Source of the DNA: a virus
Length of the DNA stretch: 64,000 nucleotides
Strand: one strand, 5' to 3'
Virus record (IMG/VR): IMGVR_UViG_3300032053_000003
Location: 94,392 to 158,391 of that record
Part shown: in pieces, positions 63,273 through 64,000 of the stretch
Position numbering within the stretch: position 1 is the stretch's first letter
How the letters are laid out: every line of letters begins with the position of its first letter
Made by a program: the position numbers and the translations under genes
Notes under the pieces: model-generated
Database searches by the model: none
The model's input: only the letters and a program-made list of their open reading frames with translations
Told to the model about the DNA's origin: nothing

Positions 63273-63851
63273 ATGGATCTTGTTGAGCTGAATGAAAAGA
63301 TGCTTGTAGTGGGTAAGGATCTTTTAGCTAAAAAAGGTGAGACGGATGGAGGTCTCTATAATTTTTATAAGATCCGTATTGATAAAGGACAAATGCTATC
63401 CAAGTATGATGTTTTTGTTCTTGGATTTGTAAATGAGAGATACCCTAAGACTTGTAGTATTCTTGAACCTGCATCGGGTATAGGTACAGTTAGCCATGCT
63501 CTATCTCTTATGGGGTTTGAAGATGTTACTTCATGTGAGTATGATCTTCGTAGGAATGTAGCCAATAAGATGCTTGGTGAGTGTCTCAATTCAAAAGCTA
63601 AAGTGATCAGTGATACCTTCCCTTCACCATCTTTGCTTGATTTTGATTTGATTATTTTGACCAATGCACAATCCTCCCTTAACAAGTATGAGGACCTGAT
63701 GGACTTTATAGAGACTACCAGGGCAGATGTCATAATGATGCCCAGATTGTGGGAGGTTACTGTTGACTATGAACAAGGCTATAACTTACTTTGTGAGGCA
63801 GGGATATCTTTTACAGAAATTGGTTTTGAAATGGTGTATATTAAGAAGTAG
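63273..63851 (+). CDS. SAM-dependent methyltransferase-like protein
   Basis: Motif I-like ILEPASGIGTV. Acidic residue after beta2 (SCEYD). Confidence 0.4.
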   Translation: MDLVELNEKMLVVGKDLLAKKGETDGGLYNFYKIRIDKGQMLSKYDVFVLGFVNERYPKTCSILEPASGIGTVSHALSLMGFEDVTSCEYDLRRNVANKMLGECLNSKAKVISDTFPSPSLLDFDLIILTNAQSSLNKYEDLMDFIETTRADVIMMPRLWEVTVDYEQGYNLLCEAGISFTEIGFEMVYIKK

Positions 63852-63888
63852 TTTGTTATTGTGTTAGTTTAAAATTACTGAGGTTTTT

Positions 63889-64000
63889 ATGAGTATTGAG
63901 CTTAATAGACTTATTGTAACTAGTCTATTTCCATCAGGTACAACTCTGTTCCCTATTGTTAAGATTGAAGATCTACTGAAGCCGAAAACTGATCCAAGTG
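63889..64000 (+). CDS. 5' fragment of a hypothetical gene (MSIELNRLIVTSLFPSG…)
   Basis: ATG 63889 with an upstream GAGG. Open to the window edge. Confidence 0.4.
   Translation, partial: MSIELNRLIVTSLFPSGTTLFPIVKIEDLLKPKTDPS

Noticed and set aside
11-63733. All minus-strand ORFs in the track (for example 11-409, 2773-3471, 12004-12444, 22346-22819, 25113-25685, 25378-25944, 28019-28540, 29198-29836, 40638-41483, 58760-59194)
   Set aside because: Each lies entirely inside a better-supported + strand gene that has an SD and tight operon spacing. None has an SD, and none fits the unidirectional architecture. They are most likely shadow ORFs.
1-64000. Integrase, transposase, tRNA or attachment-site features that would define a mobile island
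   Set aside because: I saw no tRNA-like cloverleaf candidates, no tyrosine/serine recombinase motifs and no transposase motifs. The 55-bp direct repeat at 40164/40439 is too close (275 bp) and too gene-internal to be the att sites of a typical integrated element.

Overview
This is a phage window: 64 kb at about 40% GC, with every credible gene on the + strand and tightly packed, often with ATGA or TAATG overlaps and AGGAG-type Shine-Dalgarno sites.

Layout:
- 1-13.5 kb and 16.8-25.3 kb are dense arrays of roughly 60 small genes (60-250 aa).
- 13.6-16.7 kb carries a prohead protease/scaffold fusion and a major capsid protein, followed by a strong terminator.
- 26.9-40.2 kb is a P2/Mu-like contractile tail and baseplate module: sheath, tube, tape measure with a C-terminal M15 peptidoglycan peptidase, gpD-like hub, gpV-like spike, gpJ-like and gpI-like proteins.
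- 40.7-60.7 kb is about 20 kb of giant fibre / receptor-binding proteins, with FN3, Kelch beta-propeller, LamG and CBM-like domains.
- 60.7-63.9 kb holds a His-rich enzyme and three consecutive SAM-dependent methyltransferases.

Most striking observations:
1. About 45 of the otherwise unrelated small proteins (63-235 aa), including a zinc metallopeptidase in the baseplate module, share a 12-13 residue N-terminal tag, M-[ST]-K-A-[KGSE]-x-[FLV]-[LI]-x-x-[LFI]-x-E. It ends in a (L/I)-x-E motif and resembles the T4 capsid-targeting sequence plus prohead-protease cleavage site. The tag recurs internally in a 407-aa protein and at in-frame nested starts, and several gene-start segments are duplicated at nucleotide level.
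2. A 430-bp array of ten bipartite repeats (GGGTTTCA-N9-11-TGATTCATAA) sits immediately upstream of the fibre operon. A perfect 55-bp direct repeat copies the 3' end of the gpI-like gene into the array.
3. The array's left arm (GTTTCAGTCC) also occurs upstream of the capsid and sheath operons, suggesting a late-gene regulatory element.
4. A terminator-bounded moron encodes membrane-anchored PAS-domain proteins.

No tRNA, integrase, transposase, CRISPR array or reverse transcriptase was seen.
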